Shown here one piece after another: positions 8,246-17,532 of a stretch of DNA of 32,523 nt; position 1 is the stretch's first letter, and each line of letters opens with the position of its first letter. The position numbers and the translations under genes are program-made. This DNA comes from an uncultured Sarcina sp. (GTDB taxonomy: Bacteria; Bacillota; Clostridia; Lachnospirales; Lachnospiraceae), in contig CAYXAN010000001.1 of NCBI GenBank assembly GCA_964461705.1, positions 1 through 32,523 on the forward strand. Direction: 5' to 3'. The notes below the pieces were generated by a model. It did no database searches. It was not told where the DNA came from and saw only the letters and a program-made list of their open reading frames with translations.

Positions 8246-9486
8246 ATCAACAGAACAACGACAGACAACGGCACGACAGCCAAATCCATGAAGAGGAAGC
8301 TCCAAGCCGCAGAAGCCTGTGGCTGCGGCTTCGCCGGGAGCTGTGGGTGGTTCCTGCGGCAACGCTCATCGGTGCGCTGCTGGCGGCGGCGATCTACATG
8401 GGAATCTGGCTTGGTCTGTCCGGGCAGCGGCAGTATCGTCAGACCTCGAAATTTTATCTGACCTTCGGGAACGATGCCGCCGGCAATCCGCAGGATTATT
8501 ATAACGATTATACCTGGAACGATCTGCTGTTTTCCGTTCCTGCCATTTACCAGGTGATCGAGTCCGAGCTGCCGGAGGGGGTGACGCTCGAGTCCGCCAG
8601 GGAGGACGTGGAGGCACAGATTTTATCGGATGTGCGTCTTCTGACCATTCAGGTGACGGATCCGGATGCGGAAACGGTGCAGGCACTGACCAATGCGGTG
8701 CAGGATGCGCTGGTGCGCTACGGCAGCAATGCAAAGGAGTTTCAGAGGATTGAATTCCTGTCCTCCGACGAGGTGCAGCCGGTGGTTGTCACAGACCGCA
8801 CACAGGGGGCTGTGGAGCTGGGAGCGCTGCTTGGCTTCCTTGCCGGAGCGGCTGCCCTGTGGCTGAAGGAGCTGCTGAATGACGGAATCTGTACGCCGGA
8901 GGAGGCAACGAGGCGGTACGGGCTTCCGGTGCTCATGACGCTGGGAGCACTGCCTTCGGAAAGGATTCGCAGGACTCGCGAAAGGACTCGCAGGATTTGC
9001 ATAAGAAGGGCTGGTTCGAAGGAGATTGACGCTGAAGCGGGCGATGTCGGCGGTGCGGGCACGTTTGCCGGTGCTGCTGCAGGGAACGGGCTGCCGGAAT
9101 TTCTGGAGCGGGAGAACCGGGCCTTTGCAGAAAGGCAGATCCTGCTGCGAAGCGACAGGAAAGAGGAAGAGGGGGCCGATCTGCAGCTTGTCGGGGACGA
9201 GGGCGAGACGGTTCGGCAGGCAGCAAGGCAGCTCCTTGAACAGTATGGACTGCAGGCGGAGGTGTTGTCGCCGGCGGACTGCCTTGCGGAAAAGCCGGCA
9301 GAGGGACGCAGCATTGCGGTGGTGATCCCCTTTGGCCGGGCGAACGGAACCGGAACGGAGCATCTGCTGCTCCAGCTGCAGGCGCGGGGGTATTCCATTG
9401 AAGGGCTCCTGCTGGCAGCTGCGGATCTTCGGTTTTTGAAGAGCTATTACGGGCGCGAAGGCACGGCTGACCGAGCGGCGCATTGA
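8221..9486 (+). CDS. Wzz/CpsC-like polysaccharide co-polymerase with degenerate C-terminal domain (start uncertain, TTG)
   Basis: TM-extracellular loop-TM layout, LLTIQVTDPD, GALLGFLAG followed by LNDGICTPEEATRRYGLPVL typical of Wzz/CpsC C-termini; position in the polysaccharide cluster. Confidence 0.7.
   Translation: MYGREQSIDQQNNDRQRHDSQIHEEEAPSRRSLWLRLRRELWVVPAATLIGALLAAAIYMGIWLGLSGQRQYRQTSKFYLTFGNDAAGNPQDYYNDYTWNDLLFSVPAIYQVIESELPEGVTLESAREDVEAQILSDVRLLTIQVTDPDAETVQALTNAVQDALVRYGSNAKEFQRIEFLSSDEVQPVVVTDRTQGAVELGALLGFLAGAAALWLKELLNDGICTPEEATRRYGLPVLMTLGALPSERIRRTRERTRRICIRRAGSKEIDAEAGDVGGAGTFAGAAAGNGLPEFLERENRAFAERQILLRSDRKEEEGADLQLVGDEGETVRQAARQLLEQYGLQAEVLSPADCLAEKPAEGRSIAVVIPFGRANGTGTEHLLLQLQARGYSIEGLLLAAADLRFLKSYYGREGTADRAAH
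8959..9000 (+). repeat. In-frame 21-bp tandem duplication built from 9-bp aggaytcgc-like units (ERIRRTR ERTRRIC)
   Basis: gaaaggattcgcaggactcgc gaaaggactcgcaggatttgc. Confidence 0.8.
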
Positions 9487-9521
9487 GCCGGGAGAGGTCG
9501 CCGGGAAATCAGAAGAGCTGT

Positions 9522-10379
9522 ATGATGAATGATCACGTTGTATATAACCGTATTGATGAAGCGGAACGCGATCCTGCCACGGGGAGGATCAACCGGCCGC
9601 AGCTCGAGGTCCTTGTCGCGGCATTGCAGGAAAACGATATCATGCTGGCCGAGAAAATGAATCTGTCCACGGCGGCCGTCATCTGCAATCAGTGTCAGGA
9701 GGTGTCCTATCGCGAGTTCACAAGGAAGGGGCACAGAATCCGCACGTTGGCACTCAATGAGCGCGGGGTCGGCCGCAACCGCAACAATGCGCTGATGCGG
9801 GCGGATGCGGACTACGTTCTGTTTGCGGATGAAGACATTGTCTATGAGGACGATTATGAGGAGCAGGTTCTCAGGGCCTTTCAGCACAATCCGGGCGCGG
9901 ATATCCTGATGTTCAACGTGCGTGCGGTGGAGGATCGGAGAACCTATGAGAACCGCAGAGTGAAGCGGGTTCGCTGGTACAACTACGGCCGTTATCCGAC
10001 GTATGCCATGGCGGCCCGGCTGGACAGTCTGCGGAAGGCAAATGTATGGTTTTCGCTCCTTTTCGGCGGCGGAGCCGTTTATTCCAACGGGGAGGACAGC
10101 CTGTTTCTGCATGACTGTCTGAAAAAGGGGCTGAAGATATGGGCGGTTCCTGTCGAAATCGGACATGAGGCGTCAAGGGAGGACAACACCTCCACCTGGT
10201 TCAGCGGCTACAACGAGAAGTTTTTCTATGACAGGGGGGTTTTGTACCGCTACCTCTACGGAGTCTTTCGAAAGCTCTTTGCTCTGCGGTTTCTGGTGAA
10301 GCACAGGCGGGTTATGTGTAAGGATATTCCGCTCCGGGAGGCCTATCGGATCATGAAGAAGGGAATGAGGGAAGCCTGA
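9522..10379 (+). CDS. GT2/GT-A fold glycosyltransferase
   Basis: ERGVGRNRNNAL, VLFADEDIVY (DxD-like), GEDSLF; first ATG at 9522 (ORF open from TTG 9483). Confidence 0.88.
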   Translation: MMNDHVVYNRIDEAERDPATGRINRPQLEVLVAALQENDIMLAEKMNLSTAAVICNQCQEVSYREFTRKGHRIRTLALNERGVGRNRNNALMRADADYVLFADEDIVYEDDYEEQVLRAFQHNPGADILMFNVRAVEDRRTYENRRVKRVRWYNYGRYPTYAMAARLDSLRKANVWFSLLFGGGAVYSNGEDSLFLHDCLKKGLKIWAVPVEIGHEASREDNTSTWFSGYNEKFFYDRGVLYRYLYGVFRKLFALRFLVKHRRVMCKDIPLREAYRIMKKGMREA

Positions 10380-11657
10380 GTGATTTTGTACATCGGCATT
10401 ACGGCCGCCGCGGTACTGGCCGCCGTCATCGTGAACAAGGAGGAGGGAAGACCCTCCCGGTCGAGGGGAGGCCTGCTGCGCCGCTCCTGCCTTGTTCTTA
10501 TTGCATTGCTTCTGATCGTGCCCGCTGCACTGCGGCAGGAGACGGGAAACGATTATCTGCGCTATGTGGAATTCTTTCACCTTGCCTCCATTGATGCATA
10601 TGTTCCGACAGAGCCGGGCTTCAATCTGCTGGTGAAGGCGATCTATTCCCTGTGCGGATACGAGAATTATCTGCTGGTTTTTGCCGTGTATGCCGTGGGA
10701 ACCGTTGTGCTGATGCTGACGGCGCTGCGGCAGCAGGCGGAGGACTTTGCCTTTTCCTTCTTCCTGTTCATGATGTTTGGCTATTATTTTCAAAGCTTCA
10801 ACACCATGCGCTATTATTTCGCCTTGTCGATTGCACTGACGGCGATGACCTGTTTGCTGAAGCGAAGCTATCCGGCCTTTGTATTGCTGGTTTTGCTGGC
10901 CGCGGCATTTCACAAGTCTGCGCTGACGGTGTTTGTTTTGTACCCGCTCTGCATCTGCCGATGGCGGAGGCTCCACAGGGGCCTGGCGGCAGCGCTTGGC
11001 TGCGCGGTTCTTATGCTGCACGAGAGGGTTCTGGATCTGCTGGTCGCGCTGTATCCTTCCTGGGAGGGCACGACAGATCTGGCGGCGGGAACCCGCGTGT
11101 CCTGGGTGAACATCCTGCGCTGCGCGGGCGTTTTGCTGCTGGCCGTTTTGGTGCAGCGGCTGGTGCAGCGGCGGGACGCCGCAGAGGAAATGCCGCCGTT
11201 TCGGCAGCGGCAGCTGCGGATGTATATCAACGGAAGCTTTCTGGGACTGCTGCTGTATGTGTTCGGCTGGTTTATTCCGGAGGTGTCCCGCATCTGCTAC
11301 TATCTGACCTTTACGCAGGTTTTCCTGCTTCCGATGCTGCTGCATCGCATTCCGGACGAGGACGCGCAGACGAGGACAGCGGAGAAATCCGAAGCGGCTG
11401 CCCAAGGGGAAGCAAAGAAAGAAGCGAAGAAAGAAGCGAAGAAAGAAGCGAGGGGCGGCATCCTTGCATCGGCGGCACGGTCAGCAGGAGCCGTGCGGTC
11501 GAAAAGAGGGCTTCTGACCGCATTGGTGCTCGCGGCGGCAATGCTGTATTTTGCCCTGCTGCTGCGCACAGCAGACCGGGAGACCATCAAGCTTTTGCCC
11601 TATAAGAGCTTTTTGTTTCATGATTTGAATCAGACACCGTCGGGGAGTGTGGAATGA
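10380..11657 (+). CDS. EpsG-family polysaccharide polymerase (Wzy-like)
   Basis: Multi-pass membrane protein with ALRQETGNDYLRY, EPGF, SFNTMRYYFALSI, AFHKSAL and a C-terminal LPY; GTG start abuts the previous stop. Confidence 0.85.
   Translation: MILYIGITAAAVLAAVIVNKEEGRPSRSRGGLLRRSCLVLIALLLIVPAALRQETGNDYLRYVEFFHLASIDAYVPTEPGFNLLVKAIYSLCGYENYLLVFAVYAVGTVVLMLTALRQQAEDFAFSFFLFMMFGYYFQSFNTMRYYFALSIALTAMTCLLKRSYPAFVLLVLLAAAFHKSALTVFVLYPLCICRWRRLHRGLAAALGCAVLMLHERVLDLLVALYPSWEGTTDLAAGTRVSWVNILRCAGVLLLAVLVQRLVQRRDAAEEMPPFRQRQLRMYINGSFLGLLLYVFGWFIPEVSRICYYLTFTQVFLLPMLLHRIPDEDAQTRTAEKSEAAAQGEAKKEAKKEAKKEARGGILASAARSAGAVRSKRGLLTALVLAAAMLYFALLLRTADRETIKLLPYKSFLFHDLNQTPSGSVE
11409..11451 (+). repeat. 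In-frame 12-bp tandem repeat (EAKK x3 + EA)
   Basis: gaagcaaagaaa gaagcgaagaaa gaagcgaagaaa gaagcga. Confidence 0.92.
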
Positions 11658-12466
11658 ACATACCGCTGATTAGTATCATTACCCCCTGCTACCAGGCAGG
11701 GAATAAGCTGCCGGAGACGGTGGAAAGCATTCTGGCGCAGACCTTTGATGATTACGAGATCATTGTGAAGGATGCAGGCTCTACGGACGGCAGCATCGAA
11801 AAGCTTCCGGGAAGCCGTCATATCCGGCTCATCCGCAGCAGGGATGAGGGAATTTATGATGGGATGAATCAGGCCATCCTGACCGCAAAGGGCGAGTACC
11901 TGTATTTCCTCAACTGCGGAGACCGGCTTCACGATGAGAGGGTACTGCAGCACGTGGCGGAGCAGATTGCGGCAGGGAGAACAAAGGCGGGCAGCCGGCA
12001 CGTCATTCTTTACGGCGATGTTCTGGAGGAGAGAACCGGACAGAGGGTGAATGCAAAGCCTGCCATGACAAGGTTTGCCATGTATCGAAACCTTCCCTGC
12101 CATCAGGCCTGCTTCTACAGCAGGTCATTGTTTGAGGAGCGTCAATTCAATACAGATTATCGGGTGAGGGCGGATTACGAGCATTTCCTCTGGAGCGTGA
12201 TGGAGATGGGGGCCAGGGCCGTCCCCATGGATCTTGTGGTGGCGGATTACGAGGGCGGAGGCTTCTCGGAGACAAAGGACAATAAGGAGCGTTCGGCGAA
12301 GGAGCATCGGGAGATTACCGGCAGATATTTCACCCAAAGGGAGCTGTTTCTTTATCGGTCGGCGATGCTGCTGAGTCTTCAGCCCGTGCGGGAGAAGCTG
12401 GCCTCCTTCCCGGCAACGGCGGCCTTGTACGACAGGGTTAAGAACGCGATATACAAGAAGAGCTAA
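11654..12466 (+). CDS. GT2 glycosyltransferase (WcaE/WfgS-like)
   Basis: ISIITPCYQ, DAGSTDGS, DEGIYDGMNQAI, FLNCGD, CHQACFY, ADYE, GGGFS. Confidence 0.9.
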   Translation: MNIPLISIITPCYQAGNKLPETVESILAQTFDDYEIIVKDAGSTDGSIEKLPGSRHIRLIRSRDEGIYDGMNQAILTAKGEYLYFLNCGDRLHDERVLQHVAEQIAAGRTKAGSRHVILYGDVLEERTGQRVNAKPAMTRFAMYRNLPCHQACFYSRSLFEERQFNTDYRVRADYEHFLWSVMEMGARAVPMDLVVADYEGGGFSETKDNKERSAKEHREITGRYFTQRELFLYRSAMLLSLQPVREKLASFPATAALYDRVKNAIYKKS

Positions 12467-12480
12467 GGATTTTTGAATTG

Positions 12481-13785
12481 ATGAGAGTTTTGTGGTTATG
12501 CAATATCATGCTGCCAGCCTTCGCGAAAAGGGAGGGACTTCCCTTTTCGGTTCGGGAGGGATGGCTTACCGGCTGCTTTCACCGGCTGGTGGCGGAAAAG
12601 GTAGAGGCCGGAAAGGATGAAAACCTGCTGGAGCTTGGCGTCTGTGTGCCGGTTCCGGAATTCCTTGCCGGCTGCAGGAAGGAGATTGAGGGAGCCGTAT
12701 TCTACGGCTATACGGAAAACCTGAATACGCCGGAGGACTATGACGGACAGCTGGCGCAGCGGTTCGGGGAGATCCTGTCGGATTTTCAGCCGGACATCGT
12801 GCATATTTTCGGCACGGAATTTCCTCATGCGCTGGCTATGGTTCGTGCCTTCGGTCATCCGGAGAAAACATTGGTGGGGATGCAGGGGCTTTGCGGCGCC
12901 ATTGCGGATGTGTACATGGCGGAGCTTCCCTACAGGGTGCAGCGGTTTAGAACCTTCCGGGACATCGTCCGGCGGGATTCGCTGAAGGATCAGCAGAAGA
13001 AATTCCGCCGCCGTGCGGAGAACGAACGCAAGACCCTGAAGGGAGTGCTGCACATCACAGGTCGGACGACCTTTGATCGGGAGGGAGCTCTGGCCATTCA
13101 GCCGGAGGGCATCTATCACCTGATGAACGAAACGCTTCGGCCGGAGTTCTACGAGGATCGATGGGATCTGAATGCGGTGCAGCGGCACAGTATTTTTTTA
13201 AGTCAGGGAGATTACCCGCTGAAGGGCTTTCACTTTGTTCTGCAGGCACTGCCGAAGGTGCTGGAGGAGTTTCCGGATGCCGTGGTGTATGTGTCCGGCA
13301 ACTCCATCATCGGGAACGTCGGCGGGCAGATTCCGCAAAAAAGGCTGCCGGAATTCTTGTGGATCACGGCCTACGGACGATACCTGAAGCGGCTGATTGC
13401 GGAGGGAAAGCTGGAGGGGCACGTGGTGATGCTGGGCTCTTTGTCTGCGGAGGAAATGAAGAGGCAGTACCTGCGAAGCCACGTCTTTGTCTGCCCCTCC
13501 GTGATCGAGAATTCGCCCAACTCGCTTTGTGAGGCCATGCTGCTGGGCATGCCGGTCATTGCTTCCCGGGCGGGCGGGATTCCGGATCTTGTGGAGAACG
13601 GAGAAGAGGGGCTGCTGTTCCAGACAGGGGACACGGAGGCTCTGGCAGAGGATATCTGCAACCTGTTCACCAACGATCAGTTTGCCTGCAGGATGGCCAG
13701 CGCGGCGCACAAGTCCGCTGCTGTGCGGCACAATCCGCACACCAATTATCTCCGCATACTGGAAATTTATCGGAGCATGACATGA
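12481..13785 (+). CDS. GT4 (GT-B) glycosyltransferase
   Basis: MRVLWLCN, PDIVHIFGTE, YPLKG, FVCPSVIENSPNSLCEAMLLGMPVIAS (EX7E motif). Confidence 0.9.
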   Translation: MRVLWLCNIMLPAFAKREGLPFSVREGWLTGCFHRLVAEKVEAGKDENLLELGVCVPVPEFLAGCRKEIEGAVFYGYTENLNTPEDYDGQLAQRFGEILSDFQPDIVHIFGTEFPHALAMVRAFGHPEKTLVGMQGLCGAIADVYMAELPYRVQRFRTFRDIVRRDSLKDQQKKFRRRAENERKTLKGVLHITGRTTFDREGALAIQPEGIYHLMNETLRPEFYEDRWDLNAVQRHSIFLSQGDYPLKGFHFVLQALPKVLEEFPDAVVYVSGNSIIGNVGGQIPQKRLPEFLWITAYGRYLKRLIAEGKLEGHVVMLGSLSAEEMKRQYLRSHVFVCPSVIENSPNSLCEAMLLGMPVIASRAGGIPDLVENGEEGLLFQTGDTEALAEDICNLFTNDQFACRMASAAHKSAAVRHNPHTNYLRILEIYRSMT

Positions 13786-15089
13786 CACCTACGGTTGCAT
13801 TTGCCGCCAACTACATCAATCACCACCAGATCCCCTTCTGCGAGGCCATGCTGGAGAGAGTGGGGGAGGGCTTTTCCTTTATTCAGCTGGAGGAAATGGA
13901 GGAGGAGCGCTGCCGCATGGGCTGGGTGGACCGCTCCGGGGAGCTTCCCTGGGTGCTCAAATGGTCGGAGGATCGGCAGGAGGCGGAGCGGGAGATGCTC
14001 TCCTGTGATCTGCTGCTTGTGGGATGGGCACCGCAGCTGCGGAAGCTGATCCTGCGGCGGATGAAGCTGCATCGTCCGGTGTTCCAGATCAGCGAGCGAA
14101 TCTACAAGGAGGGCCAGTGGAGGGCCGTGATGCCAAGAGGCCTTCTGGACAAATATAAGGCCTTCACGCAATTCCGCAGGGATCCGTATTTTCTTTTGTG
14201 TGCGGGGGCCTATGTGGGCTCGGATTACGACATCATCCGTGCATTTCCGGGTAAGAAGTATCGCTGGGGGTATTTTCCGCCTCTGCGGGTATATGAGGGG
14301 GATCGTCCGCCCATTCGTCACAGAGGTGCGGATGATGTGACGGAGCTGATCTGGGCCGGACGTTTTGTGGAATTCAAGCATATCGAAAGGGTGTTGTCTT
14401 TGGCGGATCGTCTCCAAAGGGACGGAAGGTCCTTCCTGCTGCATGTTGCGGGAGACGGGACGCCTGCACAGTCCGAGGCCGCCCACCGCTATGTGGAGCA
14501 GCATGGTCTGGAGGAATGCGTGATCATGCATGGCTTTACCTCGCCGGATTTTGTGCGGGAGCTGATGGAGCAGAGCGACATCTTTGTGTTCACCAGTGAT
14601 CACGGAGAGGGGTGGGGTGCTGTCTTAAACGAGGCGATGAACAGCGGCTGTGCACCGGTGGCCGATGCGCAGGCCGGTGCGGTGCCGTATCTGATTCAGA
14701 ACAGCATCAACGGATACATCTATGCGGACGGGGACGAGGAGGATCTGGTGCGCAAGGTGGAGCGCCTGATCGACGACACGGATCTGTGCGAGCGCTTTGC
14801 CGACCTGTCCTATCGGAAGATCCGCAATCTGTGGAATGCGGAGGTGGCGGCTGAGCGGTTTTTGAATTTTGGCGAAGAGGTGCTCGAGGCCTGCGAGGAG
14901 AGGCGGATTCACGCAAAGGGAGGACGCAGAGTATCTGCACCGGATCTTCGCAGGGCAAGGGAAGGGCTTCCGATGGAGGGACCCATGAGTCCGGATCCTT
15001 CCCTGAGACCGTTTCTGAAGGTGCCGAAGGCACAGGAGAACAAAAAGGCTTCTCCGGTGGGAGAGCTTTTGTCGGAGGATGTGGATTAG
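13782..15089 (+). CDS. GT4 (GT-B) glycosyltransferase
   Basis: NYINHHQ, IWAGRF, DIFVFTSDHGEGWGAVLNEAMNSGC (EX7E motif); ATGA overlap with the upstream gene. Confidence 0.9.
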   Translation: MTPTVAFAANYINHHQIPFCEAMLERVGEGFSFIQLEEMEEERCRMGWVDRSGELPWVLKWSEDRQEAEREMLSCDLLLVGWAPQLRKLILRRMKLHRPVFQISERIYKEGQWRAVMPRGLLDKYKAFTQFRRDPYFLLCAGAYVGSDYDIIRAFPGKKYRWGYFPPLRVYEGDRPPIRHRGADDVTELIWAGRFVEFKHIERVLSLADRLQRDGRSFLLHVAGDGTPAQSEAAHRYVEQHGLEECVIMHGFTSPDFVRELMEQSDIFVFTSDHGEGWGAVLNEAMNSGCAPVADAQAGAVPYLIQNSINGYIYADGDEEDLVRKVERLIDDTDLCERFADLSYRKIRNLWNAEVAAERFLNFGEEVLEACEERRIHAKGGRRVSAPDLRRAREGLPMEGPMSPDPSLRPFLKVPKAQENKKASPVGELLSEDVD

Positions 15090-15107
15090 GCTGCGTAAGG
15101 GGGAAAT

Positions 15108-16121
15108 ATGCAGGAGCTGATATCGGTGGTGGTGCCGGTTTACAACGCGGAGAGGTTTCTGCGCAAAACCGTAGAGAGCATTTGCGCACAGACCGATGAA
15201 AATTACGAAATCATACTGGTGGATGACGGATCCGGGGACAGCTCGCTTTCTTTGTGCCGGGAATTGGCCGGGGAGGATTCCAGAATCCGCGTGCTTACGC
15301 AGAAAAACGCAGGTCCCTCCGCCGCCCGCAACGCCGGTGTCCGAGAGGCGCGCGGAGAATATATCAGCTTCGTGGATGCCGACGATCTCATTTATCCGGA
15401 CATGCTTGCCAACCTCAGGAACGGAATGGAGGTCATGCGCAGGGAGGGAAGAAACAACGTGCAGATCCAGATCGGCCGTGAGGAGATCGACGAAGAGGGG
15501 AACATCCTGCCGGCAGCTGTTTATCCTCCGGAGGTGGCAACCTTGATTCCGCCGGTTCTCTTTGTGCAGAGCATGCTCCTGTACACCGGGGACGCCTCCC
15601 TGTGTACCAAGCTGACGCCGCGCCGTATTCTTCTGCAGCATCCCTTTGAGGAGGGGGTGCTGGGGGAGGATTTTCGTCTGCTGACACATCTCGTGGATGT
15701 ACTGGACGGAATATACAGCCTGCCGCAGATCGGGTATCGGGTCGTGCACCGAAAGGGGAGCGTTACCCGGCGCAAAAGCATTCATCAGTTTTCACGGGTG
15801 TACATTTCGATCGTTGAGGCCTCCGATTATGTGGAGCAGGTGCTGGTGCCGCGGTATCCGAAGCTTGAGGTGGCCGCCAGACGCTTTGGCCTGTACGAAC
15901 GGCTGGATTATATGCTGCATGTCCCGATTGCCGAGATGAACCGCAGCAACGGCTTTTATATGAGTGTCCTTCATTATCTCCGGGACAACCGCACCTCCAT
16001 TCGGGAGAACCCCTATCTGACAAGGAAAAGCAGATGGTATCTGACGCTGCTGTCGACCGCGCCGGTGACCGTCCGAACGGTTCACAGGATCAGCATGCGG
16101 CTGCGCGGCATTTCCGTGTAA
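15108..16121 (+). CDS. GT2 glycosyltransferase
   Basis: ISVVVPVYN, IILVDDGSGD, NAGPSAARNAG, ISFVDADD, GED. Confidence 0.92.
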   Translation: MQELISVVVPVYNAERFLRKTVESICAQTDENYEIILVDDGSGDSSLSLCRELAGEDSRIRVLTQKNAGPSAARNAGVREARGEYISFVDADDLIYPDMLANLRNGMEVMRREGRNNVQIQIGREEIDEEGNILPAAVYPPEVATLIPPVLFVQSMLLYTGDASLCTKLTPRRILLQHPFEEGVLGEDFRLLTHLVDVLDGIYSLPQIGYRVVHRKGSVTRRKSIHQFSRVYISIVEASDYVEQVLVPRYPKLEVAARRFGLYERLDYMLHVPIAEMNRSNGFYMSVLHYLRDNRTSIRENPYLTRKSRWYLTLLSTAPVTVRTVHRISMRLRGISV

Positions 16122-16215
16122 GGGCCGCTGTGCATTCGCTAACCAGCGCCAGGACCCGTCGCTGGCCAGATGATGAACAGTGACAAAATCGACGGGAAGC
16201 CGAGCATGTTTTATC

Positions 16216-16244
16216 TGGAAAAAAGGCAACAGCCGTCTTATAAT
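16216..16244 (+). promoter_or_regulatory. Probable sigma-A promoter for ilvE
   Basis: tggaaa (16216-16221), 17-bp spacer, tataat (16239-16244) in an AT-rich intergenic stretch. Confidence 0.5.
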
Positions 16245-16342
16245 CAGTAACGTTCATGTAATTGTTTCCACTAGAAATCGGGGAAACGGAGAACGCGGCG
16301 GTTGACGCTGTTTCCGCAAGCCCCGGAGGAAGGCAGATCATT

Positions 16343-17380
16343 ATGGAGAAGAAGAATCTGGACTGGTCAAATCTTGGCTTCAGCTATGTGAAGACGGATA
16401 AGCGCTATGTTGCCAACTACAAGGCGGAAGTGGGCAAGTGGGATGACGGTGCGCTTATTGATGACGACAGGATTGTCATGAGTGAGGATGCGGGTGTTCT
16501 GCAGTACAGCCAGTCTGTTTTCGAGGGACTGAAGGCATATACCACAAAGGACGGCCATATCGTGACCTTCCGTCCGGATCTGAACGGACAGAGAATGTAC
16601 GATTCGGCACTTCGTCTGGAGATGCCGCCGCTTCCTGTGGAGCAGTTCATCGATTCCATTCATCAGGTGGTCAAGGCCAATACGGCATGGGTTCCGCCTT
16701 ACGGGACCGGGGCAACCCTCTACATTCGTCCTTACATGTTCGGCATCAGCCCGGTCATCGGGGTAAAGCCGGCGGATGACTATCATTATCGTGTGTTTGC
16801 AACTCCGGTGGGTCCTTATTTTAAGGGCGGCGCAAAGCCGATCTATGTCCGCATTACAGATTATGACCGCGCAGCACCGCACGGAACCGGCAACATCAAG
16901 GCAGGTCTGAACTATGCCATGAGCCTGCATGCGATCGTGGAAGCCCACAAGGAGGGCTATGCGGAGAACATTTATCTGGATGCGGCAACCAGAACTAAGA
17001 TCGAGGAGACCGGCGGCGCCAACATCCTTCTGATCGATCAGGACGATCGTCTGGTGGTTCCGAAGTCGGATTCCATCCTGCCCTCCATCACAAGACGCAG
17101 CCTTGTCTATGTGGCAGAGCATTACCTTGGAATGACCGTGGACGAGCGCCCGGTATATCTGCAGGAGCTCAAGGACGGAAACTTCAAGGAGGTCGGTCTT
17201 TGCGGTACGGCGGCGGTCATCAGCCCCATCGGAAAGATCAACGATCACGGAACGGATATCGAGATTGCATCCGGCATGGAGGAGATCGGACCCTGGATGA
17301 ACAAGCTGCGCACGACGCTGCTGGGCATTCAGGAAGGGGAGCTGGAGGCTCCGGAGGGCTGGATTCACGTCATCGAGTAA
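16343..17380 (+). CDS. ilvE: Branched-chain amino acid aminotransferase (PLP class IV)
   Basis: LDWSNLGF, YSQSVFEGLKAY, LYIRP, KAGLNYA, EETGGANI, ILPSITR, GTAAVISP; start at ATG 16343 after RBS ggaggaagg. Confidence 0.95.
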   Translation: MEKKNLDWSNLGFSYVKTDKRYVANYKAEVGKWDDGALIDDDRIVMSEDAGVLQYSQSVFEGLKAYTTKDGHIVTFRPDLNGQRMYDSALRLEMPPLPVEQFIDSIHQVVKANTAWVPPYGTGATLYIRPYMFGISPVIGVKPADDYHYRVFATPVGPYFKGGAKPIYVRITDYDRAAPHGTGNIKAGLNYAMSLHAIVEAHKEGYAENIYLDAATRTKIEETGGANILLIDQDDRLVVPKSDSILPSITRRSLVYVAEHYLGMTVDERPVYLQELKDGNFKEVGLCGTAAVISPIGKINDHGTDIEIASGMEEIGPWMNKLRTTLLGIQEGELEAPEGWIHVIE

Positions 17381-17484
17381 TCGATGCGAGCGCGGCTCTG
17401 CAGCCAAAGGCGAAGGCGGATCGAACGATCCTTTCCGGCATCAGTCGGGAGGAAGAGCCTTTGTCCCTGATATCAGAACATAAC

Positions 17485-17525
17485 AAAACAGAACCCTTTG
17501 CAGATACGGCGGGGGTTCTGTTTTT
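17485..17525. terminator. Intrinsic (likely bidirectional) terminator between convergent ilvE and EamA genes
   Basis: aaaacagaaccc...ggggttctgttttt inverted repeat with A-tract before and T-tract after. Confidence 0.8.
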
Positions 17526-17532
17526 GCGTGTT

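Noticed and set aside
10652..11605. 317-aa alternative + strand frame inside the EpsG gene
   Set aside because: Ala/Gly/Arg-rich off-frame translation with no motif; the EpsG frame explains the region.
16245..16342. T-box or attenuator leader for ilvE
   Set aside because: Leader is only ~90 nt, with no T-box consensus and no terminator with U-tract.
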